From positions 310,001 to 374,000 of the forward strand of contig QPMI01000071.1 in NCBI GenBank assembly GCA_004431415.1: DNA of 64,000 bases. Direction: 5' to 3'. Of the stretch, positions 1-15,000 are shown piece after piece. The notes below the pieces were generated by a model. That model saw nothing but the letters and a program-made list of their open reading frames with translations. It was not told the DNA's origin and did not search any database. The stretch is from Cyanophora paradoxa CCMP329. Taxonomy: Eukaryota > Plantae > Glaucophyta. The position numbers and the translations under genes are program-made. Every line of letters starts with the position of its first letter. Position 1 is the first letter of the stretch.

Positions 1-3000
1 CTTCGGTATGACGAATCGCGTTCCCGAGACACTTTACGTCTACACGGCAGACTACGAGACACAGGGTCAGCGATCAGCGCTCAGCGACCCTCTGCAAATT
101 ATCACAGCCCATCGTGCGCCGACGCTGGCATGGGTGCAATCTCGTGCAACAGATATCAGAATCAGCATAATATCAGCCGGCGGGTCATCTACAGCTCCCA
201 TCGCGCAAACAATGGTATTTAAAGATGGAGTTCTGGTGTTTACTTACACTGACGGTGCACTGGCCGAGTATGTGGACACTAGTGTGGTACCTGGGCGTCA
301 GTATGCATACACGGCGCGTTACATGGGTGCAGGCATTCCAGGGACAGTGCTCGACAGTACAGGCACCTCTATGACACGCGGCGAGCTTTCGTCGAGTCTC
401 GTGGCAACCGCGGCTCCCGCAAAGCCACAGATCTCGCAGGGCGATGCCGCCTCGACCGCCACCTCTGTCAGCGTCAAGATCAGCCTGCCCAGCGACGGGA
501 GCACGTCGCTTTACAACGGGACCGAAGTGTACCGCAACGGGACGCTCATAGCCACGCTCCAGAAGAATGTGCTGAACTGGACGAGCACTGGCCTTCAGCC
601 TGGCACCTTGTACATCTTCCACGCCGTGCTGACGACAAGTGAGACCAGACTGCGAGTTGTCTCCGATTCGTCGGACAGCCTGGAGCTATGGACCGCCCTG
701 CCTGCGCCTCAGCTGGCCATCGATGGCACTACACCTGTACCGTCGGTTACCGTGAACGTTCCCCTGCCTCCGGGGCTTGAGAGCACCGTCGTGATGACTG
801 TCTGCTGGGAGACCTCGTCCCCAGATTTCACCTTCTTCGTTCTCAATGAGCAGTTCTTTGTCTCAAGTGCACCTGGTGATACGGGCTACACGGTAGACTG
901 GGCGACAACGTACGTCTGGAAGTGCGTGTTCGAGGGCTTGGGTGGCACCACGAGCGCGTCGGGCTTGGTCAGCGTGACGCTGCCTCCAAAGGCTCCCATC
1001 ATCACAATGAGGGCAGTATACTCTGCAGCAATTAATGTGACCGTCGACATCGAGAACCACGCTGCAAGCAAGGCGCTTGCTACCGACTACCAGCTGACAT
1101 GCAACGACACAAACACGGCACGCACGGTTGCCATTGTGCTGAGCGGCCCGTCGCTGGTGACCCTAGCGGGCTTGCAACCGATGACCACGTACGCATGCTG
1201 GGCGAAGGTATCGTCATCGGCGGGCGACTCACGTAACTCGAAGACCGCGTCTGCAATAACAGATAACTTGCCAGAGCCGACCGTGAGGACGACCGCCGTC
1301 AACGCAACGGCGGTATGGGTCGAGGTTACACTGCCGGAGCTTCAAGCCCAGGTCAAAGTTTCAGGCGTGCGGATCTCCCGGGCCATGTCCAATGCGACAG
1401 CGGGGGGCGCCTGGGCAACCGTTGTGACAATCTCGACGGCGGACACCGACGGCAAGTACCGCCACGTCGACGGGGGCCGCGCCTCACAGACGGAGTACTG
1501 GTACAAGGCGGTGTACCTGACGCCGTCGGCCTCGAAAGAGAGCGCGACGACAATGGCCCGCACTGGCCCACCGGCAGCCATTCTTTCGTTGAACTACATG
1601 AAGGCCTACGAAGTGGCAGTGAACCTCGTTCAGACCGGTCTCAGCACGCAGCTCGTCTCCGGAACATACATTAGACGCAGCGGGACGCTTGTCTGCTCCT
1701 CAGCCACCGGCATGATAGCCTCGTGCCTGGATAACACCGAAGCGATCAGCCCCGGTGTCACGTACGAGTACACGGCGCAGTACGAGGGGCGGGTCTTTTA
1801 CGAAGGACAAGAGCGCAATGAGCAGGGGTTGATCTCGGCTCCGCTCTCCTTGACAACGCCGCTGGTGGCGAAGCCCGTCATCTCGTACCAGAAGATCACC
1901 GCGACGACTGCAGAGATCTGCGTGACGTACCCGGCAGACGGCAGCCACAAGGAAATTGTCACGACGGAGTTCTCTCGTGTATACCAGCCGACAAGCACAG
2001 TCTCCACTTTCCGGATCACGAAGGTGAATGTCACCAAGGACTGCGTGACGCGTACGGGCCTGGAGCCGGCGACGACCTCGAGTCTCACGGCTTACTACAC
2101 GACAACGGGCGCGAACTCTCTAGTCTCCGACGTCCTTCAAGTGACGCAGGCAAGGCCGGCGGCACCCTCTCTGTCTGTGGGCTTTGTGGCAGCGTACGAA
2201 AACGCGACGACCGTCAAGATTCAACTCCAGTACCCGAATTTGCCATCCACGCCAAGCATGCAGACCGACCCGCCAGAGAACCTGCTGGCGGTCGTCAAGC
2301 GAATCGACCTGTACCGCGATGGGTACTTAGTGGAGTACATACTGGATCCGAGCAGCAACTCCTACGTATTCACCGATGCCGGCCTGCCTCCGGGCCTGAC
2401 GTTCGGCTACTGGTCTTTCCTTTTCACGACATACGCACAGTCGGACAACGGCTCTGTGTCTGCGACGACGGCTGTTGCGGAAGCACCGACAGTGGCGGCC
2501 TCGGGCATCGATGCCACGTCCGTAAAAGTGACGGTGGCGAAGCCCGTGCCCGAACAGGCGGCCGCGGTCGCGATTCGCATCTACTCCGCGACTGCGAGTG
2601 CGGGCCCGTACACTTTGCTCACCAGTATCAGCAAGTCGTCGCCAACCTACGAGTACACTCACAGTGGCCTGGAGGCCGGCACGCAGTACTTCTACAAGGC
2701 GGACTACACAACAGCCGGCAAGCCTAATTCCAGGGCGGGCCTGGACTCGAAGATAAGCATCCCAGACTCGGCGTGGACTTCCCCGAATCCGCCCGTCCTG
2801 AGCTTGATCTCATCCACTTCTTCGACCGCGGGCACGTCGACAAACATCATTCGCATTGCACAGTCGACGTCGGACAGCGACGTCAGCAAGCTCGTGCTGG
2901 AGCGCGTCAGCGGAGGGCACAGCTGCATCGAGACCTGGGAGTACCTTGGAATCACTGGCTCGATTTCTTCGGACTACACGGACACCTCGGCGACGCCAGC

Positions 3001-6000
3001 CACGACGTACACCTACGTTGCTTTCTACGTGGGGCAGGAGAACATGAAGAGCACGAACGTGAGCATCACGTTGACCACGCCAGCGCAACCACCGACGGTC
3101 GTCAAGGGGCCGTACCCGGCGACGAGCTCGTTCGTCAGCGTGGAAATAGAGCTGCCGCTGGGCTGGGAGAAGAGCAACGGTACCGAGTTGTACCGAGACG
3201 GAGCCGGGCTGATCTCAACAATTCGAATCACGTCGTCCAGCTGCGGGCCATGCGTCCGAGCTGACGTTCTCAGCGGCTGCTGCCTTCGGTACAATAACTC
3301 CGATCTACTTGCGGGCACTCTCTACAGGTTTTACGCCGTCTTGACAACAAATGAGACCAGAGTGCGAGTTGTCTCCAACTCTTCTGAAAGCCTCGAACTG
3401 TGGACAGCGCTTCTCGCGCCGACGCTCGTGCTTGTCAACACGTCCACCCAGCCCTCTCTCACTATACAGGCGTCGCCTCTGGCTCAGTTCACTTCGCTGG
3501 TCGTTGCCACTCGCTGCAAGCGGGATGCAGGCGCATACTCGGATATTACGGGAGGGTACCTTGTGGATGCACAAGTGGCGTATTCGACAACGTACACGTA
3601 CAGCTGCGTCCTCGAAGGGAAAGGCGGTACCACCAGCGAGCCCGGCAGCCTCAACGTCACGACACTCCCGTCGGCGCCAGTTCTCACGCTTGTCGCTCTC
3701 AACTCCACGAGCCTTCATATATCTGTCTCGGCCACGGACAGCGCGACCTCTGGGCTGTGGAACACGGCTAGCATCGATTGCAACGGCACGACGTACACTG
3801 CAACTCGTGCTCTTCCGCAGGCGATTGCGACCGGCCTGCTGCCAGCCACCGTCTACGCCTGCCAGGGACGCTTGAACTCGTCCGCGGGGTCCTCGGCCTG
3901 GTCGACGGCCTCCACTGTGACGCTGCCTCCTGCAAAGCCATCCCTCTCGCTGGCGCCGCTCAATGCAACGGCTCTGCAGGCGACTGTGACAATCAGTGAC
4001 GCAGCAAGCGCGGCTCTGACCAACGGGACAGAGATCGTTTGCAACGGCTCCGTGGGAACCATCCACCGGCCGCGTGGCGAGCTCGTCATTGACCTTTCAT
4101 CGCTGCTTCCGGGGACGGCTTACCAGTGCCAAGCTCGGCTGCAGTCAACAGCAGGGCCGTCAGAGTTCTCGGCGGCTGCAACGAACACAACGCATCTCGC
4201 GCCAAAGCCGACGGTCACACTAGACGATTCTCGGCACAACGGTCAATCTTATAGCGTGTACCTGTTTGTGCGAGTGCCGAACACGGCAGGCGTCGTTGTT
4301 GGAACCGTAAACTTGTATCGGAACGGATCTATCCGTACAACATTTTCAGTACCTGCGAGCGGATATCTTCTCATCACTGACGTATGTGATCCTGAAACGC
4401 TGTACATCTACACGGCGGACTACGCGACTCAGGGCCAACAATCAGCGCTCAGCGACGCTCAGCACGCCATCTCAGCCCATCGCCAACCGACGCTGGCGCT
4501 GATGTATGCTCGTTCAACAGGGATTCAAATAAGCATCACACGAGCCAGTGACTCACCTGTGGCTCCGATCGCACAAGCACTCGTGTACAGAGACGGAGTT
4601 CTGCTGACGAATTTCACTGGCGGGTCACTGGCCGAGTACGTGGACAACAGCGTGGCGTCTGGGCGTCAGTACGCATACACGGCGCGTTACTTGGGTGTAG
4701 GCATTCCAGGGACGGTGCTCTTTGTTACAAATAGCTCCATGACACAAGGCAGACTTTCCTTGAGTCTCGTGGCTACCGCGGCTCCCGCAAAGCCGCAGAT
4801 CACACAGGGCGATGCCGCCTCGACTGCCACCTCTGTCAGCGTCAAGATCAGCCTGCCCAGCGATGGAAGCGCATCGCTTTACAACGGGACTGAAGTGTAC
4901 CGCAACGGGACGCTCGTAGCCACGCTCCAGAAGAACGTGCTGAACTGGACGAGCACTGGCCTCCAGCCCGGAACCTTGTACAGCTTCCACGCCGTACTGA
5001 CGACAAATGAGACCAGATTGCGAGTTGTCTCCGATTCGTCGGACAGCCTGGAGCTGTGGACAGCGCTTCTCGCACCGACGCTCGTGCTTGTCAACACATC
5101 TACCCAGCCCTCTGTCACGATACAAGCGTCGCCTCTGGCTCAGTTCACTTCGCTGGTCGTTGCCACTCGCTGCAAGCGGGATGCAGGCGCATACTCGGCC
5201 ATAGCTGGAGGGTATCTCGTAGATGTACAAGTGGCGTATTCGACAATGTACACGTACAGCTGCGTCCTCGACGGGAAAGGCGGTACCACCAGCGAGCCCG
5301 GCAGCCTCAACGTCACGACGCTCCCGTCGCCGCCAGTTCTCGCACTCGTTGCTCTGAACTCCACGAGCCTTCATATATCTGTCTCGGCCACAGACAACGC
5401 GACAGCCGGACTGTGGACCACGGCTAGCATCGTTTGCAACGGCACGACGTACACTGCAACTCGTGCTTCTCCGCATGCGATTGCGACCGGCCTGCTGCCA
5501 GCCACCGTCTACGCCTGCCAGGGACGCTTGAACTCGTCCGCGGGGTCCTCGGCCTGGTCGACGGCCTCCACTGTGACGCTGCCTCCTGCAAAGCCATCCC
5601 TCTCGCTGGCGCCGCTCAATGCAACGGCTCTGCAGGCGACTGTGACAATCAGTGACGCAGCAAGCGCGGCTCTGACCAACGGGACAGAGATCGTTTGCAA
5701 CGGCTCCGTGGGAACCATCCGCCGGCCGCGTGGCGAGCTCGTCATTGACCTTACATCGCTGCTTCCGGGGACGGCTTACCAGTGCCAAGCTCGGCTGCAG
5801 TCAACAGCAGGGCCGTCAGAGTTCTCGGCGGCTGCAACGAACGCAACGCAGCTCGCGCCAAAGCCGACACTTAGCCTGACCGACGTGAGCAACGACACCG
5901 TCTCCCTCCATGTGCAGGTGCCCGTGACAGCGGGCGTCGTCGTTGGCAACGTAAGCGTCTATCGCAACGGATCTGCCACGCCGTTCGCAACCGTGGCAGC

Positions 6001-9000
6001 GTCTACGACATCTGTCGTCGATGTGGGTCGCATTCCGGAGATGCTTTACTTTTACACTGCGGACTACGCGACTCAAGGCCAACGATCAGCGCTCAGCGAT
6101 CCTCAGCAGGCGCTCACCGCTCCTCGCGCACCGACGCTGGCGCTGGTGCAGTCGCGTGCAACAGATATCACAATCAGCATCACGCCAGCCAGCGGATCTT
6201 CTACGGCTCAACTCACGCAGACCTACGTGTACCGCGACGGAGTTTCGCTGTTTAACTTCACTGGCGGGGCGCTGGCCGAATACGTTGACGGAAGCATGGT
6301 GCCGGGGCGCCAGTACGCGTACACGGCGCGGTACTTTGGGGTCGGCATTGCTGGAACAGTACTGGCGAGCACGGGCAGCGCCCTCTCCCGCGGTTCCCTC
6401 TCATCTGTCTTCCTTGCCACGGCGTCTATTCCGCAGGCGCCCGTTCTGTCCGTGGACTGGATTACTCCATCGCAAGTGAACATAACTGTGAGGTACCCGA
6501 TCGACGGGAGCGCTTCAGTTGTGACGGGCACCAATCTGACCCGTTCGGGCGCTGGTGGCGCAATGACGGTGCTCCTCGCTCAAAACGTGACGTGGTTCCT
6601 CGACTCGGGTCGCGTTCCGGGATCCAGCGCGAGTTACACTGCGTTCTTCACGACGGTTTGGTCGCCATCAAATACGTCCAGCGTTCTAACCGTCACTCAT
6701 CCGGCCCCCGACGCTCCTACACAGTGGCAGGTGGTGGTGGAGCCTCCGCACACCGCCACGCGGCTGTCCTTCAATATCGTGTTCCCTACTGACGGGAATA
6801 TAAGTCTTTCGTCGTTCATCACACGCGTCATTGTCTTCCGCAACAACACGGCGCTCCGAACGATCTCGACGAACGGATCACAGATCCTCGCTCCGTGCCC
6901 GTCGTCAGCATCTGACTCCTGTGCCGGAGTGACCTTCGTGGACGACGGGCTGCCTCCAGGGAGAGCTTTCGTTTACAGCGCCCTCGTGTCGACGGCGTAC
7001 ATCAACTCGTCGCTCTCGTCGCCCCTTGTCCTGTCGACCCAGCGGCCGGACGCACCCACCATGCAAGGCTCGTCGACGGTAAACTCGAGCGCCATCGCTG
7101 TGTTCGTTGCGGGGGTGCCGCCAGCAAACTTCTCTGCTGTACGTGTTGGATCCCTTCGCCTGTACCGCAACTCGTCGTTGGCGGTCACTGTCGTTCCTCC
7201 GAACATCAACTCGACGCTGACAAATGTTGTCGACTCGGGCCTCCTCCCCGGTCGACTGTACACCTACGCGAGCGACTACACAACGAAGAGCGCGGACGGC
7301 ACAGTAGCCGGCGCCGACTCGTTGCTCAGCTCTTCGATTGTAGCGTGGACGGCGCCGACTGCGCCCGTTATTAACCATCTGCCGGGTTCAGCGTCCACTC
7401 TCGGGGTTGTAGTCTCCATCACGACTCCCACCGATGGCTCCGCCGGCGCCATCGTGTCTGCAACGGTCCAACGAGCGCCTCTGAACGAAACTATCTGCAC
7501 GAGTGACAATGCCACCTTTACGTGTTCGGACGCATCGAGTGTCTTTCTTCCCGGGCGCTCGTACACGTATCACGCGTTTTACGCCGGACAGGGGGACACG
7601 GTCAGCGCCGTCGCATCGTATTCTGTCCCCATCCCGGCGTTTTCGAGCGTGGTTCCCAACCGCGGGACGGCCGACCAGAACTCTGTGCACTTGTTCGCTC
7701 CCTCGAACTCCTCGTGGTCGTTCTCTTTTCCAGTCCGGAGCGCCGCTCAAGTGCAGGTCGAGCTTTGGTCGAACGGCGCTCTTTTTACTATTCTCGGATC
7801 GCAAAATGCTTCGACGGGCTGGTTCGTCTGGAACTTCGAACGGGAATTCTTCGGATCCTGCCAGTGGCAGGCGGTCACATTGAAGAGCGCACAGTTCGCT
7901 CTAAGCTGCGGTAAGAGATTGCATTTCAATGGCTTGTGCGTGGCCACATCGCTCACCCCGGGTCCGCTTGCAGGGGGCTCTTGCGCGGACGGTTGCTCCT
8001 CCGCTTCTGCTGGGCTGCAGCTTGTCGCGCGCATCGTTGACGAGCCTCTCATGACATCCAATACAAGCGTGGCCCTCTGGAGTGAGTATCAATTCCATCC
8101 GCATGTCACTGGTTCAAGCTTGACGTCGGCTCAGATCCGTACATCTTCAACGTCACGGCTGTTGGCCTGCTCGATGCCGAAGTCGCGTACTACAACCGCT
8201 CCATTTCCGTCACGTGGTCGTACGTTACGAATGTGACAATGGAGAACCGGACAAACGTGCGTGCGTGGGCCGCGCTGCACAGCGCGGAAAGCGGAGAAAC
8301 GGTCGTGAATTGGACATCGGTGGCGGCAACGTACTCGGCCGCTGCCGGAGTAGCCGCGGCCACGTGGACGGTGCCGACATGGCTGAACACGTCCGTTGCT
8401 GGCTACCGACTGCGCGTGAGCCGCTACGCCGTCGATCTGCTTGGGCCGGACCCCTCCGTTTGGGCCGAGAGCGCCGAGTTCGTCGTGAGAGGTTTGCCTT
8501 TTTTTGTCGGGACACTGCTGTGCTCGCAGCTGACGTCTCCGCAGAGTATCGGCTGTTCGCCGGAGATGCCATTGTTGACAACATCGCGTCGGGCGTGCGA
8601 GTGAAGTGGCGCCTGTACGGCGTGCTTCTCGAGCCGCTGCTGATCTGGCTGCGCTACACCAACGCATCCTCCTCTTCCGACCTCGGCCTTGTATCGGACT
8701 CTGCTGTGGCGTCGCTCGAGTTCATTGACTGGCCGGTCGCTCTCACCGCCGGCCTGCTGCCGGTGCCTTCGTTTACTACGACGGCCCTTCTCGACTCTCT
8801 CCTCGCACAGTACGGCGCGGGCCAGCTCGAGTTTGTCGTGTCGATCCCGAACACGACCGCGAGCGACGTCGTCCTTCCCGTGTCTCAGCTGTACAGTGCG
8901 CCTCTATATGCTTGAGAAACAATGCTTGGCTCTGACTCCTGCGCCAGACCCAATCGTGCAGAACGTGTCGATATCGAATGGCTACACGGATACACATGTT

Positions 9001-12000
9001 CTGCACGGCAGCAGCATCGTGATTCGATGGGAGCACCTGTTCGCCGCAGGAGACCCCACCGCAGCTCTGAACGAGAGCGCTACGTTCGATGTGCGGCTCT
9101 ACAAGTACCCTGCAGAAGCGCCGCTCGTGGAGCTGCTGAACATCAGCACTTCGGCGCCGCGCTCTGCGAGGCTGGGTCTGAGCTGGGTGGTGCCCGTCTC
9201 CGTGCCTCGCGGCCAGTACTTCATTCGTGTCTCTCAAATTGTAGCGGGAGCTGTAAGCCCCGCGATATTCCGAGACAGCGCTGCGTTCGACGTGATCCGT
9301 GCGCGCCAAGTAGGATTATTCGCACTCGTGGCTTGACTGACTGCACCACACAGCGGCTGTCCTGAGCATGACTGTCCTCGGCAGAAACTCCACCCAAGTG
9401 GCATCCATGCATGTCTTCGGCGTTGTCGCGATCTCTTGGAGCTGGCTTGGCATTATCCCCAGCCCTGGAACCCTTCAGCTTGAGCTGTGGACGGCAAACG
9501 CGACGGGATTGATTCAGCGGCTGGTTACCATTGCGACCGGCCTCGGGAATACCACCAAATCGTTTGCGTGGACCCCGTCCAGCGCCGTGTTGCCCTTGCC
9601 TGGCCCGACCTCGACGACGGCCATGGCAGCCTTCTACTCCCCCGCCAGCCTCCGCTTGGTGCTCTCTGCCACATCGGACTCACTAACAGTGACAATCAAC
9701 CGCTTGACTCTTCAGAGTGAGCTTTTCAATCTTGTGTCATGTGCCCCAAGCGCTCTTTTTGACGCACCCTCGACGCCAGATCCGGTGATCTCGTCCGTCT
9801 CTCTGAGCGGACTCTACCAGGATTCACTTGCGTACACGAACCTCAACGTGACGGTGCAGTGGTCGTACACCCGCCCGCCCACGGACTCGTCGACGCAGGC
9901 CCGCTTCACGCTCGCCCTCGTCGACCGCAACGCGTCGGCCGTCGTGGCCGTCATCGCGTCGAACGTCGCAGCGAGCACGCCCAACGCCACTTCGACAGCG
10001 CGCTACGTATGGCAGGTTCCCTTCGGGTTCGCGACCGACTTCTACAGCGTCCGCGTCTCGCTGTACAACGCCAGCGCGCAAGCTTCCAGCGATGCGATCA
10101 TCTTCGCCAACTCTTCTTCGTTTTTCATTCAGCGTGCGTCTCTGCCCTCAATTATCTGCCCTTTTTGCATGCTAGAAGCTTATCCCGCCCGTCCTTCAGC
10201 CGGCGTCATTCTTGTCTCCATCTTGCGACCGCAGCCGAACACGAGCTTCAACATCTTCAACCCCATCACAGTCGAGTGGCGCGTGCTCGGCCGGCTGCGT
10301 GGCTCGAAGCTCGTCAACGTTACGGCTCGGGCCGCCCTGCCTGGAGGGCCGCTCGGCCCCGAGGTGCCCGTCGGCCCCGCCGGCTCGGCCCTCATCGGCG
10401 ACGGGGTCCAGCGCGTCGCGTGGCGCCCCGGGTCGCGGATCCTCCCCGCGCCGCTGAGCAGACCTCCGCCCGCCCCGTACAACGTAACCGTCACAGTGGT
10501 GTCGCTTGACGAGTTATCGCTGCGCGGATCCGCGAACGGCACGCTCGGCGGTGCGACCGCGTTTCGTAGTTTCGACTATGCCAGCTCGATGAAACGCCCC
10601 TCGCAGCGCCCTGGGCGGAGACTGTGCGCAGCGCTCCGCGCGTGATTGGCCGCGTGACGTTCCTCGTCGAGAACGACTCGTGGGCCGTCTCATGGCGCTG
10701 GTCCTCCAACGATTCCTACGCCGACGAGTCGCTTCCGTCATCCCTCCGGTGGAACATCGACGCCGTCCCTAGGCCGGCTCCCGGCGGAGATGCAGCCAAC
10801 GCAACCACGAGGCGCCTTGCGAGCGGTATTGCTGCTACCTATGCAGACGGTGTTTACAGCTACACCGTCCGAGTGCCGAGCGATCTGAGCTGGGTAATTA
10901 GAACTTCGTTTCATACTTCAAGGAAGACCGTTTCTAATGGCTTCGTAGGGCGGGATGTACGTGCTGCGAATCTTGCGGGTAGAAGAGGACACGCAGGACG
11001 TTCAGATCTGGGCCGACACGACCGAGTACGAAATACGAAGTGCGTGAATTTGGTAATTGGAGGATATAATACGAGTACGCTCACAGCCGTCTTTCTGCAG
11101 CCGATGGATACGTCATTACCGTTCCGCAGTCGTGCGTCAACATCGCGCAAACAATTCCCTTGTCGTGGCTGGTCGTCGGCAACCCGGGTGGTACCGTCGA
11201 TCTGCTGCTGCGGAACTGGAGCGCCCCTGCAACGTCGGATGACGGCGTGATCCTTTTCGCCACATCCATCAGTGCGACCGCTGGGGCGGGCTCCTATCAG
11301 TGGGCGCCGAACCGCACGAGGCTGCTGGAGCTTGTCCGGGCTGTGCCGCCGCGATCCGCGGTGGACGTTTTCGGTGCCGAAGGCAGCATCATCGTTCGAT
11401 CTACTTCGGCGCCTGATCTGCACTTCATGGAGGCTGCGATCTGTTTACGCAGTGCGCTTTGTTTGTTGAGCGCAATTGCTAGATAATGCAGCCTGATGGC
11501 TATGTTCTACTCACTCTGCTCCCAGCTTCGTACATCTCGATCCCGTACACCGGAGTGGGCATGGCGGTCAACTACGGCGGCGTTGCCTTCCTCAACTCGT
11601 CGCGGACGGCGTACTGGAACTCATCGGACCCGGAGCAGAGCGACGGGCTCGGCTCGCGCACCCGCCCAGTCAACGCGTACCTGTGCGCTCAAACGCTTCT
11701 CCTTCGCCCAATGAAGCGCATATCTGATTGCCGAGCAGGCGTTTCCAAGGCCAGGGACAGCAACCCGTCCTGCTTGCCTCGAACAAGTCGTCGCCGTTCA
11801 ATTTCACGATTCCGGCCGGCCTGCTGGAAGGCTCCTACAGGCTCCGCTTCTATCTCACCGGCTCCGATCTGTCCGACGACGCTAACGTGTTCGCTGACGG
11901 CCTGCCCTTCACGCTCAACGGTGCGCACTCTTTGCGGTTCTATGAGCTCCAGGGTTCACCTTGCCCGGTCTTCATTTGTAACGCGATTGCTTGTAGGCAC

Positions 12001-15000
12001 TGGCGCCGAGGTTGATCCACTTCCTTCGACGGCGGACCACATTTACGACGAATGGCGCGCGGCTGGAGTCACAAATCTCGCTGTGCTCTCCTTCCGCTCG
12101 TACCGGCTGAGCACGGTTGCCGTTGAACTGTGGAACATCAGCGGCGGCGGCGATCCCGTTCTGGACCCGCTGTCAGCGCTCTATCGCCACAGTTTGGGCG
12201 CCAAAGTGGCTGACATCGCTCGCGGCGTTCGAGTCCAATCTGGGGACAATGCTCTGAGCTTCGTTCCGTCTTTGCCGCCTGCGAGGGCACTCGTCGTGCC
12301 CAGCCCGCGGTCGGCATCGGACCTATACGTCACCTCTCCCGCCTACATCGTCGTCCGATCCGAAGATGACCCGTCCGTGGTCTCGTACAATTACGCACAT
12401 CTCGCGAGTGCGTCCCTGGCAGCTTGTCTTCTATTTTCAAAGCTACCGCGGCTGACGTATGCCCGCTTGCAGCGCCTTTCATCCGAAGTGTGGTGATCGA
12501 TGCACCGAGTGGCCTTCAAGCTGGCTCCGCCATAACTATTCGTTGGACGCTTGCTATGCGCGGCGCCCTTGGCCTGCCAGTGAATGCATCGTTCTCGGTC
12601 TCGCTCATGCGGAGCGGACGAGTGTACACGACCGTTGCCAGCGACGTGATGACCGTTGTGAGCGGCAACAGGGACTACAATCTCACAACTCCGTTCTCCA
12701 TTCCGGCGAACTACCCGTCCGACTCCTACACAATCCTGGTCTCGCTGCTCAACAGCACGGGCGCAGCTGACCCTGCCGTGTACGCTTCGAGCAGTCCAAT
12801 ATCCATTACAGGTCAGCAATTGATAGCGTCACCTTTTCGTGCCTTTTTCGCGTATGCTGACAGTGCAATTGTTTGCAGCTCTGCCAGCGTACACAGGCAA
12901 CGGGCCTCTGGGTCCGGACACCTCGTCTCAGGTGCGACGGCGTCGCGTTTGGAGCGGTTTCGCATTTGCTGACTTTCCATTCTAATCTCAGATCGCATGT
13001 GCGGCGTCGGGCTTGCTCGTCAACGCGAGCTCGACGATGGCGTGCACGTTCCACCCGCGGCGGGTCGGCGCGCCCTCGAGCCCGGCTATGACGGCGGACG
13101 AGTTCTTCCTCTCCGTCTCGCTGACCGGCGGCACCCTCCTTTCGGGCTTCGCGCGCGGCTTGGCGACCCAGTTTGGCTTCGCGATCGCCGCGGGCCCGCA
13201 GACGGGAGTGTTTGCGATCCAGGTGGTCAACACCTCGGGATCCGTTGTAGCATCGAAGCCGTACGCGATCTACGATGTACCCGACGCGTCTTCTTCCATT
13301 GCCTGCTCGCCGACGGTCATTCGGCGCTCCGAGAAGCAGAACTGCTCCATTGCTTTTCGAAGGTCATTGTTTACGTATTCGTGCATTCTACTATCTTAGC
13401 TGGCCCGTTCTTTTCTGACGGGAGCCTTCGTTCAAATGCAGGAGCGGGAGTCCGATATTTGTAAGATTATCCGAATCGTCCTTAGAGACTGCGGGCTCGA
13501 CGATGCAGCCGCTGGGATCGGCAGACTCATACGCGGATGTTCTCGTGGCAGCACGGCCGGCAGGGCCAGCCACCGGCAGACTCGCGTCAAAGCTCGTGCT
13601 TCCAGCGGGCAACGGCGAGCTTTCAGTCAACACCACTGTCTACGAAGAGCCGGACGCAACATCGTACTTCGTCGTCAACGCCACAGCGTTTACTTTTGCT
13701 ACTGTCAACGCCACTTCGTACATGGTTATTGGGCGCGGCAACGCGTTCAACGCCACGGTCGTCCCGCAATCGAAAGGGGAGGGAATTCTCGCCAACTGCT
13801 CCGCGCTGGAGGTGACGCCATCACACTTCGTCGACCTGGAGGCGAACCCCACGATCGAGCTCGGAGATCGCTCGTTCGTGACTCTCTCCAACATAAGCCG
13901 CGGCGATGACCCCCTCGGCCTGTGCAATTCTTTCACTGTCACTCGTACGCCGTAGTTATCGTCTTGCACCCGACATTAGCTAACGTGTTTCGCAGTACGA
14001 TCTATGATCGCAGAGACTCTTCCGATCACGACCGGTTTGGTCGGGGTCCGCGCGTCACTCCCATCTGGAGGGCGGGCAGCGATTTTCTATCTTGCTGTCA
14101 CTGCTACGGCTGGTGAGAGGCTTTGAATTCGCTTGTTCCTATGCACGTGCACGTGTGAACTCATCGTGGGAACAGACCGTGCATCTGAGTTGATTTGTAA
14201 GGTGAAAGTCATGTTGGCAGCGTCGACTCAACAGTGCGACATCGTCCCAAGAGTTAATTACAAGATTTCAAGTGGTAGCGAAATCGTGCTCGGTACGTAC
14301 CTCAGAATTCAGTCTGCGCGCGTTTTTCTAATGCTGCTGTGCGACTCGCAGCAAGTATTAACGACTTCCAACCCGACCCGATCATTGTGAACCCTTCTAA
14401 CATTGCGCTAATTGCGCGATTCACCACTGTCGCCGGCCCCAGCATTTCAAGGCTGTTTTCCATTACGATCACGACGGGGGAAGTGGCGTCCGCGGACACT
14501 AAGCCGGCAGAGGTCGCCATCAAGTTAAAGTCGGATAAGTCATTACGATTCAACACGAGTGCAAGCCCTTCGCTGAAACAAGAAATATCGGTCGTCGGCT
14601 TTGGAGACAGCGTGCGTCTGCTATTCATCTATGTCCATATCAACGCCTGATCGTCTTACTTGTGTGCAGACTTCCAAACTTTTGTGCGCTTCGCGATACG
14701 TGATTGCAAACCGCGACATCGGCTGCACGTTCTCGCCTCGTCTGAGGGGCGAGCCCGTCGTCGCCCCTCCGACGAACTTGTTGAGGCCTCAGACGTCAGG
14801 GGCTCTCGGCAATGCCACCGGCTACCTTCTTGCTACGAACGACCCTGTGTCGGACTTCCCTTTCCGCGTGACCGGAGGGCCGTCCGCCGGCATGGGGCGA
14901 GCGATTGTGTCGATGGTTGTGAGGGGCGGCACTCTCGATACAGTCGCTGAGGTACAGGTCGTATCTGAGCCTGACGGCACGTCGCTGGGTGTCTGCCCGC

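Noticed and set aside
8-8236. The 2742-aa ORF as a complete standalone (bacterial-like) gene
   Set aside because: The frame is open upstream of the ATG. The ORF reads through a 63-nt in-frame intron (7911-7973) and into a second intron. Splicing continues the protein for 16 kb more.
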